A DNA stretch of 64,000 nt. Source: an uncultured Candidatus Berkelbacteria bacterium (GTDB taxonomy: Bacteria; Patescibacteriota; UBA1384; UBA12157). A model generated the notes under the pieces. That model was not told the origin of the DNA, did no database searches, and was given only the letters and a program-made list of their open reading frames with translations. Positions 37,840 to 49,559 of this stretch are shown here, one piece after another (the stretch's first letter is position 1; every line of letters starts with the position of its first letter). Location of the stretch: assembly GCA_903877885.1 (NCBI GenBank), contig CAIRFN010000005.1, positions 17,956 through 81,955 on the forward strand, read 5' to 3'. A program made the position numbers and the translations under genes.

Positions 37840-38793
37840 ATGACCATACAACAAATTTTTGAACTCGGAATTAAATTAGGCGTTAAAAACGATCCTCGAG
37901 GAAAAGTCGGCGTCAAACGCTGGCTTGATTTGCAAAAAAAGAAATTCGATAAAATCTCGAAAGAAGAAAAAGAATTTTTTGATTTAGAACGTTTAACCAA
38001 CCCTTATGCTGATAGTCGAATTTTATTTGACAATAAAAAACCAATCAAACGAATGGCGGCCGGGATTGATATTAATGTTGGCGAAATTGCCTTGTTAAAC
38101 ACACTTGAACCAAAAGTTGATTTAGTTATGGCTCATCATCCGGAAGGTAAAGCTCTGGCCGCGCTTGATGAAGTGATGCACTTACAAGCCGATCTGATGG
38201 CCAGTTACGGTGTCCCGATCAATGTAGCCGAAGGCGTGATGCGCGAACGAATTGAAAAAGTTTCTCGTCAAATTTCACCAAGTAATCATAAGCAAGCAGT
38301 TGATGCCGCGAAACTGGTTGATTTGCCAATGTTTTGTTTGCATACTCCTTGCGACAATTTAGTTTTCCAATTTTTGCAAAATTTAATGGATACGAAAAAA
38401 CCGGAAACTGTGGCTGAAATTGTGGAAATCCTCCAAAAAGTACCGGAATATCGCCTGGCGACTTTAGATAAAGCCGGTCCGCGAATTTTCGCTGGCAGTC
38501 CAGAAAATCGCTGTGGTAAAATCGTGGCCTTTGATATTACCGGCGGCACATCAGGTTCAAAAGAAGTTTATCCAGAATTAGTTCGAGCCAGCATTGGCAC
38601 GGTTATCGGTATGCATATGAATGAAGAAAACCGCGAAGAAGCGCTCAAAAATCATTTGAATATTGTCATCGCCGGCCATATTTCCTCCGACTCACTTGGT
38701 ATGAATTTATATTTAGATGAACTCGAAAAAGAAGGAATCGAGATAATTCCGATTAGTGGGTTGATCCGCGTAAAAAGAAGTAAGAAAAGTTAA
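37840..38793 (+). CDS. NIF3-like dinuclear metal-centre protein
   Basis: NPYADSRIL, GIDI, AHHPEG, HTPCDN, GMHM, AGHISSDSLG.N. Confidence 0.85.
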   Translation: MTIQQIFELGIKLGVKNDPRGKVGVKRWLDLQKKKFDKISKEEKEFFDLERLTNPYADSRILFDNKKPIKRMAAGIDINVGEIALLNTLEPKVDLVMAHHPEGKALAALDEVMHLQADLMASYGVPINVAEGVMRERIEKVSRQISPSNHKQAVDAAKLVDLPMFCLHTPCDNLVFQFLQNLMDTKKPETVAEIVEILQKVPEYRLATLDKAGPRIFAGSPENRCGKIVAFDITGGTSGSKEVYPELVRASIGTVIGMHMNEENREEALKNHLNIVIAGHISSDSLGMNLYLDELEKEGIEIIPISGLIRVKRSKKS

Positions 38794-38811
38794 AATTTAT
38801 AACTGTAGACT

Positions 38812-38903
38812 GTCATTCCAGACCGGACGGCGTCAGGATCTGGAATCTAGGATAATTGTTTCTGGATTCCCGATGTCGGATTGCCATCCGACTCGGGAAT
38901 GAC
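38812..38903. repeat. Family A two-arm element, intergenic
   Basis: gtcattccagaccgg...ggaatct...ggattccc...cgggaatgac. Confidence 0.9.
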
Positions 38904-38921
38904 AAAGAAAAATATAACAAA

Positions 38922-40122
38922 TTATTTATTAACTTCTTTCTTCAGTTCTTCCACTTTATCCGTTCTCTCCCAAGGTAAATCTAATTCTGGTCTACCGAAA
39001 TGGCCATAGGCGGCAATTTTTTGGTAGATTGGTTTTCGAAGATCTAAGGCTTGGATAATCATCCCTGGTCGTAAATCAAAAACTTTACTCACCGCTTGAG
39101 CGATTTTATCGTCTTCAATGGTGCCAGTACCAAACGTATCAATTCGCACCGACATTGGTTCAGCTCGACCGATGGCATAAGCAATCTGCACTTCACAGCG
39201 TTCGGCTAATTTTGCGGCAACGATATTCTTGGCCACCCATCTGGCCGCATAGCTACCCGACCGATCAACTTTACTCGGATCTTTTCCAGAGAAACAACCG
39301 CCACCGTGACGCGCATAGCCACCATAAGTATCAACAATAATTTTGCGGCCGGTCAGTCCAGTATCACCTTGCGGCCCACCAATCACAAACCGACCGGTGG
39401 TGTTGACATAGTAGTTTGTATTTTGAAGCAAGGATTTAGGGATAACTTTTTCAATTACTTTCTCGATAATTTCTTTTTTTAAGATCGATGTTTTAATATT
39501 TTCATCATGTTGTGCCGCAATTAAAACCGATTCGATGCGGACTGGTTTGTCGCCATCATATTCAACTGTAACCTGGCTTTTGCCGTCTGGTCGCAAGCCT
39601 TTGACAATCCCCTTTTTTCGAACTTCAGCCAAGCGTTGGCAAAGTTTGTGAGCCAAAACAATTGGCAAAGGCATTAATTCTTTGGTTTCGCGACAAGCAT
39701 AACCAAACATCAAACCTTGATCACCGGCGCCTAGATTTTCCAAGTCTTCGACCAAAGGACAGTCCTTTTGTTCCTTTAAGGACTGTCCTTTACTAAACGC
39801 ATCAACACCCTGTGCAATATCGGCTGATTGTTCCTTAACCGCCACCATTACACCGGAAGTTTCCCAGTGAAAACCATATTCGGCATTTGTATAGCCAATT
39901 TGTTTAATGACGTTGCGAGCGATTTTCGGAATATCGACATATGTTTTAGTGGTAATTTCTCCAGCGATAATACAAACGCCGTTGGTCAGCAATGTTTCGC
40001 AAGCGACTCGTCCTTGCGGATCGTCAGTTAAAATTGCATCGAGTACCGCATCACTAATCTGATCAGCCATTTTGTCAAGGATGCCCTTCAGTAACAGATT
40101 CTGATGTAAAGAATTTATTCAT
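38922..40122 (-). CDS. metK: S-adenosylmethionine synthetase with an apparent +1 frameshift after codon 15
   Basis: [15 protein letters not shown] then TGA; DKMADQISD continues in the +1 frame; [23 protein letters not shown]. Confidence 0.93.
39754..39791. repeat. Family B palindrome in frame within metK
   Basis: aaaggacagtccttttgttcctttaaggactgtccttt; encodes [13 protein letters not shown] just before GAGDQG. Confidence 0.85.
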
Positions 40123-40184
40123 AGGACTATCTCCTTTCTAGAGCATAAAGCTTCCTCATATTTTTTATATTTATCTAATTTTTT

Positions 40185-40277
40185 GTCATTCCAGACCGGA
40201 TGGCATCAGGATCTGGAATCCAGAGTTAATTATTTCTGGATTCTTGATGTCGGAGTACCCTCCGGCTCGAGAATGAC
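40185..40277. repeat. Family A two-arm element in the metK 5' UTR
   Basis: gtcattccagaccgg...ggctcgagaatgac. Confidence 0.9.
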
Positions 40278-40279
40278 AT

Positions 40280-40410
40280 AAAAAAACAAAAATCACCGCA
40301 AGCGGTGAAATATATAAAAACATCTTTCCCGCAAGGGGTCGGAGGTAGCACCTAAATTAATGGGTTGCTGGTGGATCATCGGGCCGAATCCCTCACCACA
40401 CTCTTGATAT
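40280..40410 (-). promoter_or_regulatory. SAM-I riboswitch with terminator upstream of metK
   Basis: ATCAAGAG...GAGGGATTCGGCCCGATGA...CAGCAACC...GGTGCTA...GAAAGATG, then TCACCGC/GCGGTGA hairpin and T-run. Confidence 0.92.
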
Positions 40411-40528
40411 TAAAATTAATTTTTAACTAAATTTATCATATTATAACCATCTAACTTTTGTCAAACTCTTGCCTGGAAACAATTTTTGCTTTAAGATGTA
40501 AATATTAAATTTATATTTTAGGAGCAAA

Positions 40529-40957
40529 ATGAGCCACCACAAAAGTCAAACAATTTTAGTTCGTTGTCCCGATGATCGCTACAGTCCCGGTGAAATGCTA
40601 CACGCCGGACTGAAAGAAATTTTAAATTGCGAAGATTGTTTGGTTCGCTATGAGCCGAACGGTTTTGGCGGCGCCATGGAATTTTGCCACCCGGAAACTC
40701 AAACTGCTTGGCTCTGGCGCTTTAAAATCGCCGGCACACTTGAACCAAAAATCCAAAGATTAATCGTCATTAATCACACGCCTGGTTGTGGTGCGGTTTG
40801 CGCTGAATTTGGCCCGTTTGCTTCTGACGACGATGAAAAAAATAAACACCTCGAACTCTTGAGCCAAGCCGCGGAATTTATTGGAAAACACGCGCCCGAA
40901 ATTCAGTTCATTGGCTACCTTCAAACCCCCGAAGGCGTCAAAAAAATTATCGGTTAA
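40529..40957 (+). CDS. Beta-carbonic anhydrase-like small protein
   Basis: CPD.R ... NHTPGCGA zinc-ligand pattern. Confidence 0.55.
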   Translation: MSHHKSQTILVRCPDDRYSPGEMLHAGLKEILNCEDCLVRYEPNGFGGAMEFCHPETQTAWLWRFKIAGTLEPKIQRLIVINHTPGCGAVCAEFGPFASDDDEKNKHLELLSQAAEFIGKHAPEIQFIGYLQTPEGVKKIIG

Positions 40958-41047
40958 ATTTTAAACTCTTGATTTTTAGTTTTGTTTAATATATCCTGAA
41001 AATTACCTAAGCGAAAGTTTGGGTAATTTTTTTAGGGAGGGCGCACC

Positions 41048-41560
41048 ATGCCAGACAATGTAAAGCGAATGTTAGAAATTAAGTGCAACGAAGCGCGTTA
41101 TCGTGAGCTAAATCATCCGCTTCGGCGCGGGCTTAAAGCGATCCGTGCATTCCAACATCGTTATGAGGGCCACAAGATCTTTAGTGATGGAGAATGGGGC
41201 GGGCTTCATTACCTGGTCTATGGATCAGAAAAACATTGGCGCGATTCATTTGATTTTGCGATTAATGTAGCCCGTATTACCAGTATCGTCGGCATCCTTC
41301 ATTTGGATTGTGCTTGGGCCAAATGGAAAATGGAGCAATTAAATATTGGATATAGTCTTGAAACAGAAATGGAATTTTGCTTAAGAACAGCTCGAGCATC
41401 AACACTACTCCTTAACTACTATGCTTCAGGAATTCCTTTTGAGATCTTTCTTCATCATGAAGAAGAGCCTTACGAGGCATATCTATTTAACCCAATCAGA
41501 ACAATTTTTGAACCATTCACTATTCCGTTGGTTGAAAAAAACCAAATCATATCCTCATAA
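41048..41560 (+). CDS. Divergent carbonic anhydrase-like hypothetical protein
   Basis: KCNEAR ... HLDCAW; terminator at ~41566-41587. Confidence 0.45.
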   Translation: MPDNVKRMLEIKCNEARYRELNHPLRRGLKAIRAFQHRYEGHKIFSDGEWGGLHYLVYGSEKHWRDSFDFAINVARITSIVGILHLDCAWAKWKMEQLNIGYSLETEMEFCLRTARASTLLLNYYASGIPFEIFLHHEEEPYEAYLFNPIRTIFEPFTIPLVEKNQIISS

Positions 41561-41617
41561 CTTTACCCCGCTTCGGCGGGTTTTTTTAATCTAATTTTAT
41601 CAAATTGAACCGTGCGT

Positions 41618-41636
41618 AAATTTCTAACGGGGTTGA
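41618..41636. repeat. Family C single arm
   Basis: aaatttctaacggggttga matches the right arm at 10229-10241. Confidence 0.5.
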
Positions 41637-41669
41637 TTTTTCTTGACTCGTGTGTTAGCCTAGAAAAGT

Positions 41670-42413
41670 ATGAATATTTCTTTAGCTGCCGAAAAAATAA
41701 TTGAATTTGGACCCGTTGCTATTACCAACACCATGCTGGTCACTTGGGTAGCAGTGGTGCTTTTAATAACATTATCGTATTTTGCCACCAAGCATATGAC
41801 CAAAGTTCCAGGTAAATTACAAAACTTTTTTGAGTTTGTAGTCGAAGCCTTATTAAATTTGATTGATAATATTACTCAAGATCGCAAACAAAGCTTGAGA
41901 TTTTTACCACTTGTGGCCACCATTTTTCTGTTTATTATCACCTGCAATTGGATGGGTTTAATTCCCGGTTTTGAAACGATTGGCCGTTGGACAGTCGAAA
42001 ATGGCCATCAAGTCTTGGTACCATTTTTACGTTCACCGGCATCGGACTTAAATACCACCATTGCTCTAGCGCTTATTGCCATGGTTTCGGTTCAAATTAT
42101 CGGTATCAGTAGCGTTGGCTTTTTCCGTTACATTAAAAAATTTGTTAACTTCAAAGGCCCGATTGAATTTTTTGTCGGCGTCGTTGAAAGCATTTCCGAA
42201 TTTGCTAAAGTCATTTCCTTTAGTTTTCGTTTATTTGGCAATGTTTTCGCCGGCGGCGTTTTATTAGCAGTCGTTTCCAGCCTATTACCACTTATCGTTC
42301 CGATTCCTTTTTATGGCATGGAACTGTTTGTCGGTTTCATTCAAGCTTTGGTTTTTGCCATGTTAACCACTGTATTTTTACAGATGGCAACTGTTGCTCA
42401 CGACGAACACTAA
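41670..42413 (+). CDS. atpB: ATP synthase F0 subunit a
   Basis: NWMGLIPG, SFRLFGN, GFIQALVF. Confidence 0.96.
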   Translation: MNISLAAEKIIEFGPVAITNTMLVTWVAVVLLITLSYFATKHMTKVPGKLQNFFEFVVEALLNLIDNITQDRKQSLRFLPLVATIFLFIITCNWMGLIPGFETIGRWTVENGHQVLVPFLRSPASDLNTTIALALIAMVSVQIIGISSVGFFRYIKKFVNFKGPIEFFVGVVESISEFAKVISFSFRLFGNVFAGGVLLAVVSSLLPLIVPIPFYGMELFVGFIQALVFAMLTTVFLQMATVAHDEH

Positions 42414-42425
42414 ATTTTAAATTAA

Positions 42426-42677
<252 letters not shown>

Positions 42678-42739
42678 ACCCAGACACGCAGCAAGAAAAA
42701 ACTTGCTGTTGCTTGAGTTTAATAATATCGGAGGTTATT

Positions 42740-43222
42740 TTGGAAGCACTTGGTATTGATGGAAAACTTTTACTTGGTCAGATAGTCAATTTTTTGATTC
42801 TTTTTGGCGCGCTCGGATATTTCTTATATAAACCAGTGGTAAAAATGTTGACTGATCGCCAAAACACCATTGCCGATTCTTTGGAAAACGCCAAAAAAAT
42901 TGAAGAAAACTTGGCTAAATCAGAAGCCAAAACTAAAGCAGCTTTGGAATTAGCTCAAAGCGAAGCCCGAAAAGTGCTGGAAGAAGCAATTAAATTAGCT
43001 TCTGATCAGAAAAACAAAATCCTAGCCGAAGCCCAAACCCAATCAGATCGAATTATTGCCAGCGCCAAAGCCGAAGCCAAACAAGCCAAAGATGATGTTG
43101 TGGCTGACGCCAAAAAAGAATTGTCTTCTGTGGTTTTGGCCGCGTTGGATAAAATTATTGGTCATGATATTGATGAAACCACCAAAGAAAAATTAACCAA
43201 GAATGCAATTGAAGAAATCTAA
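42740..43222 (+). CDS. atpF: ATP synthase F0 subunit b
   Basis: QIVNFLIL...YKPV...R; start moved to TTG 42740 behind GGAGGT. Confidence 0.92.
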   Translation: MEALGIDGKLLLGQIVNFLILFGALGYFLYKPVVKMLTDRQNTIADSLENAKKIEENLAKSEAKTKAALELAQSEARKVLEEAIKLASDQKNKILAEAQTQSDRIIASAKAEAKQAKDDVVADAKKELSSVVLAALDKIIGHDIDETTKEKLTKNAIEEI

Positions 43223-43605
43223 TGAAAATTTCTCCTAATAATTTTGCGAACGCTTTAATCGATTCTGCAGAGCCCGATAATCTTAAAATTATTGCTCGTA
43301 ATTTTTGGTACAAATTGCAAAAAAATAAACAATACAAAGATTTTGCAAAAGTTTTGGACGCGATTGATCTTGAATCAGCAAAAATTCAAAACAAAATTTT
43401 AGCGAAAATTTATTCAAAAAATGAATTAACCGATCAAGATAAGCAAACCATTAATGAAAAATTAGAAAAAAAGTTTCAAAAAGCAATTGTTTTGAAAAAT
43501 ATTATTGGCAAGAATATCACGGGTATAATTATCAAGATTGATGATAAAATAATTGATCTTTCCCTTGAGGGAAAACTCGATAAAATTAAACGGCTTTTTA
43601 ATTAA
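43222..43605 (+). CDS. atpH: ATP synthase F1 subunit delta (short form)
   Basis: Operon position; GIIIKIDDKIIDLSL. Confidence 0.85.
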   Translation: MKISPNNFANALIDSAEPDNLKIIARNFWYKLQKNKQYKDFAKVLDAIDLESAKIQNKILAKIYSKNELTDQDKQTINEKLEKKFQKAIVLKNIIGKNITGIIIKIDDKIIDLSLEGKLDKIKRLFN

Positions 43606-43614
43606 GGAAGTAAA

Positions 43615-45129
43615 ATGAGTAATTACAACATTGTTGAAGAACTAAAAAAAGAGATTATGGATTTTGACACTAACGCCAAAGAAGAATCTGCTGGCGAAGT
43701 AGCCGAAATCGGTGACGGTATTGCTAAAATTTACGGCCTTCGTGATGCCAAAAACGGCGAACTTCTAACCATTCATACTTCCACCTCCGAGGTGGCCGCA
43801 ATGGTTTTAAACCTTGAAGAAACCACTATCGGCGCCATTATTTTGGGCGATTACAAAAAAATTCAAGCTGGTGATAAAGTCAGTACCACCGGAAATGTGG
43901 CTGAAATTCCTGTTTCCGAGGAAATTATCGGTCGTGTCGTTGATCCACTCGGCGTTCCACTTGATGGCAAGGCTGATATCAAAGCTGTTAAATCAATGCC
44001 AATCGAAAAAGTCGCGCCTGGCGTTATTACTCGACTGGGCGTTTCTGTGCCGCTTCAAACCGGTATTAAAGCAATTGATGCTCTGATTCCGATTGGTCGC
44101 GGTCAACGCGAACTCATTATTGGCGATCGCGGCACAGGGAAAACCGCCATCGCCATTGATACTATTATTAACCAAAAAAATCTGCCAAAAGAAAACAGAC
44201 CGATTTGTATTTATGTGGCTATTGGTCAAAAGAAATCCAAAGTTGCCCGCATCGCCGCGATTTTGGAAGAACACGGCGCCATGGAATACACCACCATTGT
44301 TTTGGCCGGCGCTTCAGATCCAGCGCCGCTATCTTACATTGCCCCATATTCTGGTTGCGCTATTGGCGAATATTTTATGGAACAAGGCAAAGATGTTTTG
44401 ATTGTTTTTGATGATTTAACCAAGCACGCTTGGGCTTATCGCCAAGTTTCTTTGTTACTTCGCCGCCCACCAGGTCGCGAAGCTTATCCAGGCGATGTTT
44501 TCTATCTCCACTCTCGATTATTGGAACGCTCTGCTCGTTTAAACAAAGATTTTGGCGGCGGCTCAATGACAGCTTTACCAATCATCGAAACCCAAGCGGG
44601 CGATGTTTCCGCTTATATTCCAACCAATGTTATTTCCATTACCGACGGCCAGATTTTCTTGGAATCCGATCTTTTTTACCAAGGTATTCGACCAGCTTTA
44701 AACATCGGTATATCGGTATCACGTGTCGGCGGCGCCGCTCAAATTAAAGCGATGAAAAAAGTCGCGGGAAAATTAAAATTGGAAATGGCTCAATATCGTG
44801 AACTGGCAGCTTTCGCTCAATTTGCATCAGATTTGGATGCCGATACCAAAAAAACCATTGAGCGTGGCAAACGCATGACCGAGGTGATGAAACAGCCACA
44901 ATATCAACCAATGCCAGTCGAAGAACAAGTGGTGATTTTGTACGCGGTTTCCAACGGTTATTTGGATGGTTATGATGTTACTGAAATTCAAGATATTGCC
45001 AAGGAATTGACCATCAAAGCCCAAAGCGAGGGCAAAGCCATTTTAGCCGAAATCCGCGAAAAATCAGTTATTGACGAAGCCTTAGAAGCCAAACTAAAAT
45101 CGTTTTTAGAAAAAAATACGAAAAAATAA
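43615..45129 (+). CDS. atpA: ATP synthase F1 subunit alpha
   Basis: [17 protein letters not shown] and [21 protein letters not shown]. Confidence 0.97.
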   Translation: MSNYNIVEELKKEIMDFDTNAKEESAGEVAEIGDGIAKIYGLRDAKNGELLTIHTSTSEVAAMVLNLEETTIGAIILGDYKKIQAGDKVSTTGNVAEIPVSEEIIGRVVDPLGVPLDGKADIKAVKSMPIEKVAPGVITRLGVSVPLQTGIKAIDALIPIGRGQRELIIGDRGTGKTAIAIDTIINQKNLPKENRPICIYVAIGQKKSKVARIAAILEEHGAMEYTTIVLAGASDPAPLSYIAPYSGCAIGEYFMEQGKDVLIVFDDLTKHAWAYRQVSLLLRRPPGREAYPGDVFYLHSRLLERSARLNKDFGGGSMTALPIIETQAGDVSAYIPTNVISITDGQIFLESDLFYQGIRPALNIGISVSRVGGAAQIKAMKKVAGKLKLEMAQYRELAAFAQFASDLDADTKKTIERGKRMTEVMKQPQYQPMPVEEQVVILYAVSNGYLDGYDVTEIQDIAKELTIKAQSEGKAILAEIREKSVIDEALEAKLKSFLEKNTKK

Positions 45130-45137
45130 TTTTAAAT

Positions 45138-45526
45138 GTCATCCTCGAGCCGGTTTGAGCTTTGTCGAAAACCGACATCAAGGATCCATCAAAATAAAAA
45201 GCTATTTCGTTTACATTTTAGCCAGTCAGAAAAACGGAACATTATATATCGGTGTTACAAATGATATTATAAGAAGGATTTGGGAGCACAAAAATAAAGC
45301 TATTCAAGGTTTTACAGATAAATATAGAATTGATAAATTAGTTTATTTCGAAGAAACACCAGATATTAATTCAGCTATTAAGAGAGAAAAACAATTAAAA
45401 TTATGGAGCCGTTCCTGGAAAATAGATTTGATAGAAAAGAATAATCCTGATTGGAAAGATTTATATCAAGATTTGTTATAATGGATCCTTGATGTTGGAG
45501 CGCTTCGCTTCCAACTCGAGGATGAC
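45138..45526 (+). mobile_element. Family A element enclosing a GIY-YIG gene (putative autonomous copy 2) inside the atp operon
   Basis: Left arm 45138-45187 and right arm 45483-45526 abut the gene. Confidence 0.7.
45155..45481 (+). CDS. GIY-YIG nuclease family protein; start uncertain
   Basis: YFVYILASQKNGTLYIGVTND...REKQLK; no ATG, only a TTG inside the repeat arm or ATA near 45194. Confidence 0.85.
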   Translation: MSFVENRHQGSIKIKSYFVYILASQKNGTLYIGVTNDIIRRIWEHKNKAIQGFTDKYRIDKLVYFEETPDINSAIKREKQLKLWSRSWKIDLIEKNNPDWKDLYQDLL

Positions 45527-45550
45527 AAAAAAAGATAAAAACTTTAGTAT

Positions 45551-45657
45551 GTCATTCTCGAGCCGAATGGTAATTCGACCTGCCTGACGGCAGGCAGGCA
45601 TCAAGAATCCAACTGTATGTCATTCTCGAGTCGGATGGGATCCGACATCAAGAATCC
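45551..45657 (+). repeat. Two tandem family A arms, the first interrupted by a 20-bp palindrome
   Basis: gtcattctcgag at 45551 and 45619; cctgcctgacggcaggcagg at 45579-45598. Confidence 0.85.
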
Positions 45658-45712
45658 AGATAAATAAAAAAGGCCAATGCGTAAACGCAAAGGCCGAAAT
45701 CCGGTCTTAAAG

Positions 45713-45958
45713 CTACTTTCGGAAAAACATAGCTATCAGACCAACAATTATGCTACCGATATAAGCGATTGGATGTTGTGCAAAACCGAGAGTCAACATC
45801 CATGAAATCGCTCCACTTGCACCGACGGCGGTAGATAGACCAGAATCTGGACCCATAACAGCCAGAAAGAAAAGGAAGCTTAATATCAGAGTTGCGATCA
45901 TCAGTGATGCGTACATTAACGTAGCAACACCAAAGAATCTTCCTATTCGGTAAGTCAT
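45713..45958 (-). CDS. Small membrane protein antisense within the atp operon
   Basis: GGAGG RBS, promoter TTGACT-N17-TATACT (45988-46016), terminator-like hairpin at ~45666-45696. Confidence 0.7.
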   Translation of the reverse strand: MTYRIGRFFGVATLMYASLMIATLILSFLFFLAVMGPDSGLSTAVGASGAISWMLTLGFAQHPIAYIGSIIVGLIAMFFRK

Positions 45959-46025
45959 TTCGTTCCCTCCAACAAAAATCTATCAGAAGTATACCATAAT
46001 AAGCATTAAAAGTCAATAGAATATT

Positions 46026-47066
46026 ATGCCAAGTACACAAGAATTTCGTAGAAGAATTAAATCGGTCAGTTCGACCAAACAGATTACCAAAGCAATGGAA
46101 ATGATTGCTTCTATTAAGATGCAAAAATCTGTCAAAACTATTGCCCAGGCTCGAGCCTATATCCAAAACGCATGGAATATTTTACATTTACTGTCTGAAA
46201 AAATATTAAGCGACGATCACGCGCTGATTAATCCTAAAGATCATGCCAAAAAAACAGCCGTGATTTTAATTACTTCTGACCGCGGTTTATGCGGTTCATA
46301 TAATTCAGAAGTGATCAAGAAGCTAACATCATTCAAAAATGTCATCCTCGAGACGGAGGGTACTCCGACATCAAGGATCCAGGACCTGGATTCCAGATCT
46401 GGTTCCCAACCAGTCTGGAATGACAATACGATTGATATCATTGCCATCGGTAAAGTCGGCGCCGCGTTTGTTAACAGATATAAAATCGGCAAACTGATCG
46501 CTGAATTTAAAGGTTTTGAAAATAATATTTCCGTTGAAGATGTCATTCCGATTTCCAAACTGACGAATGGTGAATATATGGCTGGAAATTATGACAAAGT
46601 GGTAGTGATTTATTCTCATTTCATTTCTTCGCTTAAACAAGTCCCGGTCGTCAAACAAATTTTGCCAATTGTCGAAGATCATATCGATCATCCGGAATTA
46701 TGGGAAGGAAATAATGTCATCCTCGAGCCGGAGGGTACTCCGACATCAAGGATCCAGGACCTGGATTCCCGATCCGGAGGCCATCCGGTCGAGAATGACA
46801 AAAACAATACTGAATACAAATTTGAACCCAATCCTGATGAAGTTTTTGATGGCGTCTTGCGACAAATTTTACGCACCCAAATTTTCGGTGCCATTTTAGA
46901 AGCCAACGCTTCTGAACATTCGGCCCGTATGGTGGCCATGAAAAATGCCACCGACAATGCCACCGATTTAGTTGATGAATTAAAATTAGTATATAACAGC
47001 ATCCGCCAAGGAAACATCACTTCGGAAATCGCCGAAATTAGTGGTGCCGCCGAGGCGATGAAATAA
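46026..47066 (+). CDS. atpG: ATP synthase F1 subunit gamma with two in-frame repeat insertions
   Basis: QITKAMEM, SDRGLCGSYN, ASEHSARMVAMKNATDNA, RQGNITSEIAEI. Confidence 0.95.
   Translation: MPSTQEFRRRIKSVSSTKQITKAMEMIASIKMQKSVKTIAQARAYIQNAWNILHLLSEKILSDDHALINPKDHAKKTAVILITSDRGLCGSYNSEVIKKLTSFKNVILETEGTPTSRIQDLDSRSGSQPVWNDNTIDIIAIGKVGAAFVNRYKIGKLIAEFKGFENNISVEDVIPISKLTNGEYMAGNYDKVVVIYSHFISSLKQVPVVKQILPIVEDHIDHPELWEGNNVILEPEGTPTSRIQDLDSRSGGHPVENDKNNTEYKFEPNPDEVFDGVLRQILRTQIFGAILEANASEHSARMVAMKNATDNATDLVDELKLVYNSIRQGNITSEIAEISGAAEAMK
46341..46424. repeat. Family A two-arm element (84 bp) in frame within atpG
   Basis: Encodes VILETEGTPTSRIQDLDSRSGSQPVWND. Confidence 0.92.
46716..46799. repeat. 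Family A two-arm element (84 bp) in frame within atpG
   Basis: Encodes VILEPEGTPTSRIQDLDSRSGGHPVEND. Confidence 0.92.
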
Positions 47067-47114
47067 CAGGAGTATAAATGAACAAAGGAACAATTACCCA
47101 AATCAGCTATCTGA

Positions 47115-48500
<1,386 letters not shown>

Positions 48501-48501
48501 G

Positions 48502-48711
48502 ATGCTAAACTTCATAAACAGCTATTGGATTTTAATAATTCCAGTAATTACCTTAATTATTGGTTTGCTATTTCTATCTATTGGCACCAAGAATAACAAT
48601 AAAAATTTAATTATATTTTCAAAAATTATTAGTATTTTTAGTTTTGTTATAATCTGTTATTTAGTATTTGTGACTTTTATGATTTACTTAAGTATGAAAC
48701 CTTTGAATTAA
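48502..48711 (+). CDS. Small AT-rich two-TM protein between atpD and atpC
   Basis: 69 aa with 1-nt gaps to both neighbours. Confidence 0.6.
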   Translation: MLNFINSYWILIIPVITLIIGLLFLSIGTKNNNKNLIIFSKIISIFSFVIICYLVFVTFMIYLSMKPLN

Positions 48712-48712
48712 A

Positions 48713-49123
48713 ATGAAAACATTTAATCTAAAATTAATTTCTCCAACTGGTATTAAATACGAAGCCTCGGCAACGGCGGCTTTTTTGCCGACTGCCGAAG
48801 GTACGATTGAAATTTTGCCAGATCACATGCCGCTGATTGCGCTTTTGTCACCCGGAGAAATTATTATTAAAAATAATGCTGAAACTAAAAGTCTTGTCAC
48901 CGATGGCGGCTTAGTGGAGATTGCCGATAACGTGGTTAAGATTTTGGCTGATGAAGCTGAAGAAGCGCATAACCTAGATGAGATGAAAATTTTGGAAGCC
49001 AAAAAAGCGGCTGAAAATCGTTTGGCTAATGCCAAAGACGATGTTGAACATGCCGACGCCGCCGCGCATTTAGAAAAACAATTATCAAAGTTGACGTTCC
49101 TTAAACGTCGTAGACATAAATAA
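48713..49123 (+). CDS. atpC: ATP synthase F1 subunit epsilon
   Basis: G..EILPDHMPL..LL.PG and GGLVEI. Confidence 0.93.
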   Translation: MKTFNLKLISPTGIKYEASATAAFLPTAEGTIEILPDHMPLIALLSPGEIIIKNNAETKSLVTDGGLVEIADNVVKILADEAEEAHNLDEMKILEAKKAAENRLANAKDDVEHADAAAHLEKQLSKLTFLKRRRHK

Positions 49124-49125
49124 TT

Positions 49126-49151
49126 GTCATCCTGAGCGTAGCGAAGGATCT
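49126..49151 (+). repeat. Family A short single arm
   Basis: gtcatcctgagcgtagcgaaggatct. Confidence 0.75.
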
Positions 49152-49205
49152 ATCATAACGCGTCGCAAGCATCAAAAATAATTATATAAAATCAAATTTT
49201 TCTCA

Positions 49206-49238
49206 CAAAAAAATCACCAAAAAAATGGTGATTTTTTT
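49206..49238. terminator. Terminator after the atp operon
   Basis: A-run ATCACC/GGTGAT T-run. Confidence 0.6.
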
Positions 49239-49559
49239 AAATATTTTTATTTAGACCAAAAAATGTCACCAAAATATCCCCTACTCATATCGTTCGAGCC
49301 AGCAGGCGAGAACTATTTCACCAACTGTCAATTCCTAATAACTTATGATTTAAGGTCAAAATTTTAAATCAAGGTGATTTTTCGGCTGTCACGCCAAATT
49401 GTCGCATTTTCGCTATTTTGATATCATCACTCTCGATTTATAACCTGATATTTGAATTACAATTATTTTTCTGATTTTTTATTATTTTCATCATTTTTTC
49501 ATTTTTTTTAAAAATCAAAAAAATCAATTTTTTTAATATTTTTTTACTCTTCCTCTACT

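Noticed and set aside
49240-49555. AT-rich ORF-free stretch as replication origin or RNA gene
   Set aside because: No DnaA boxes, recognisable RNA motif or clear promoter-terminator pair seen
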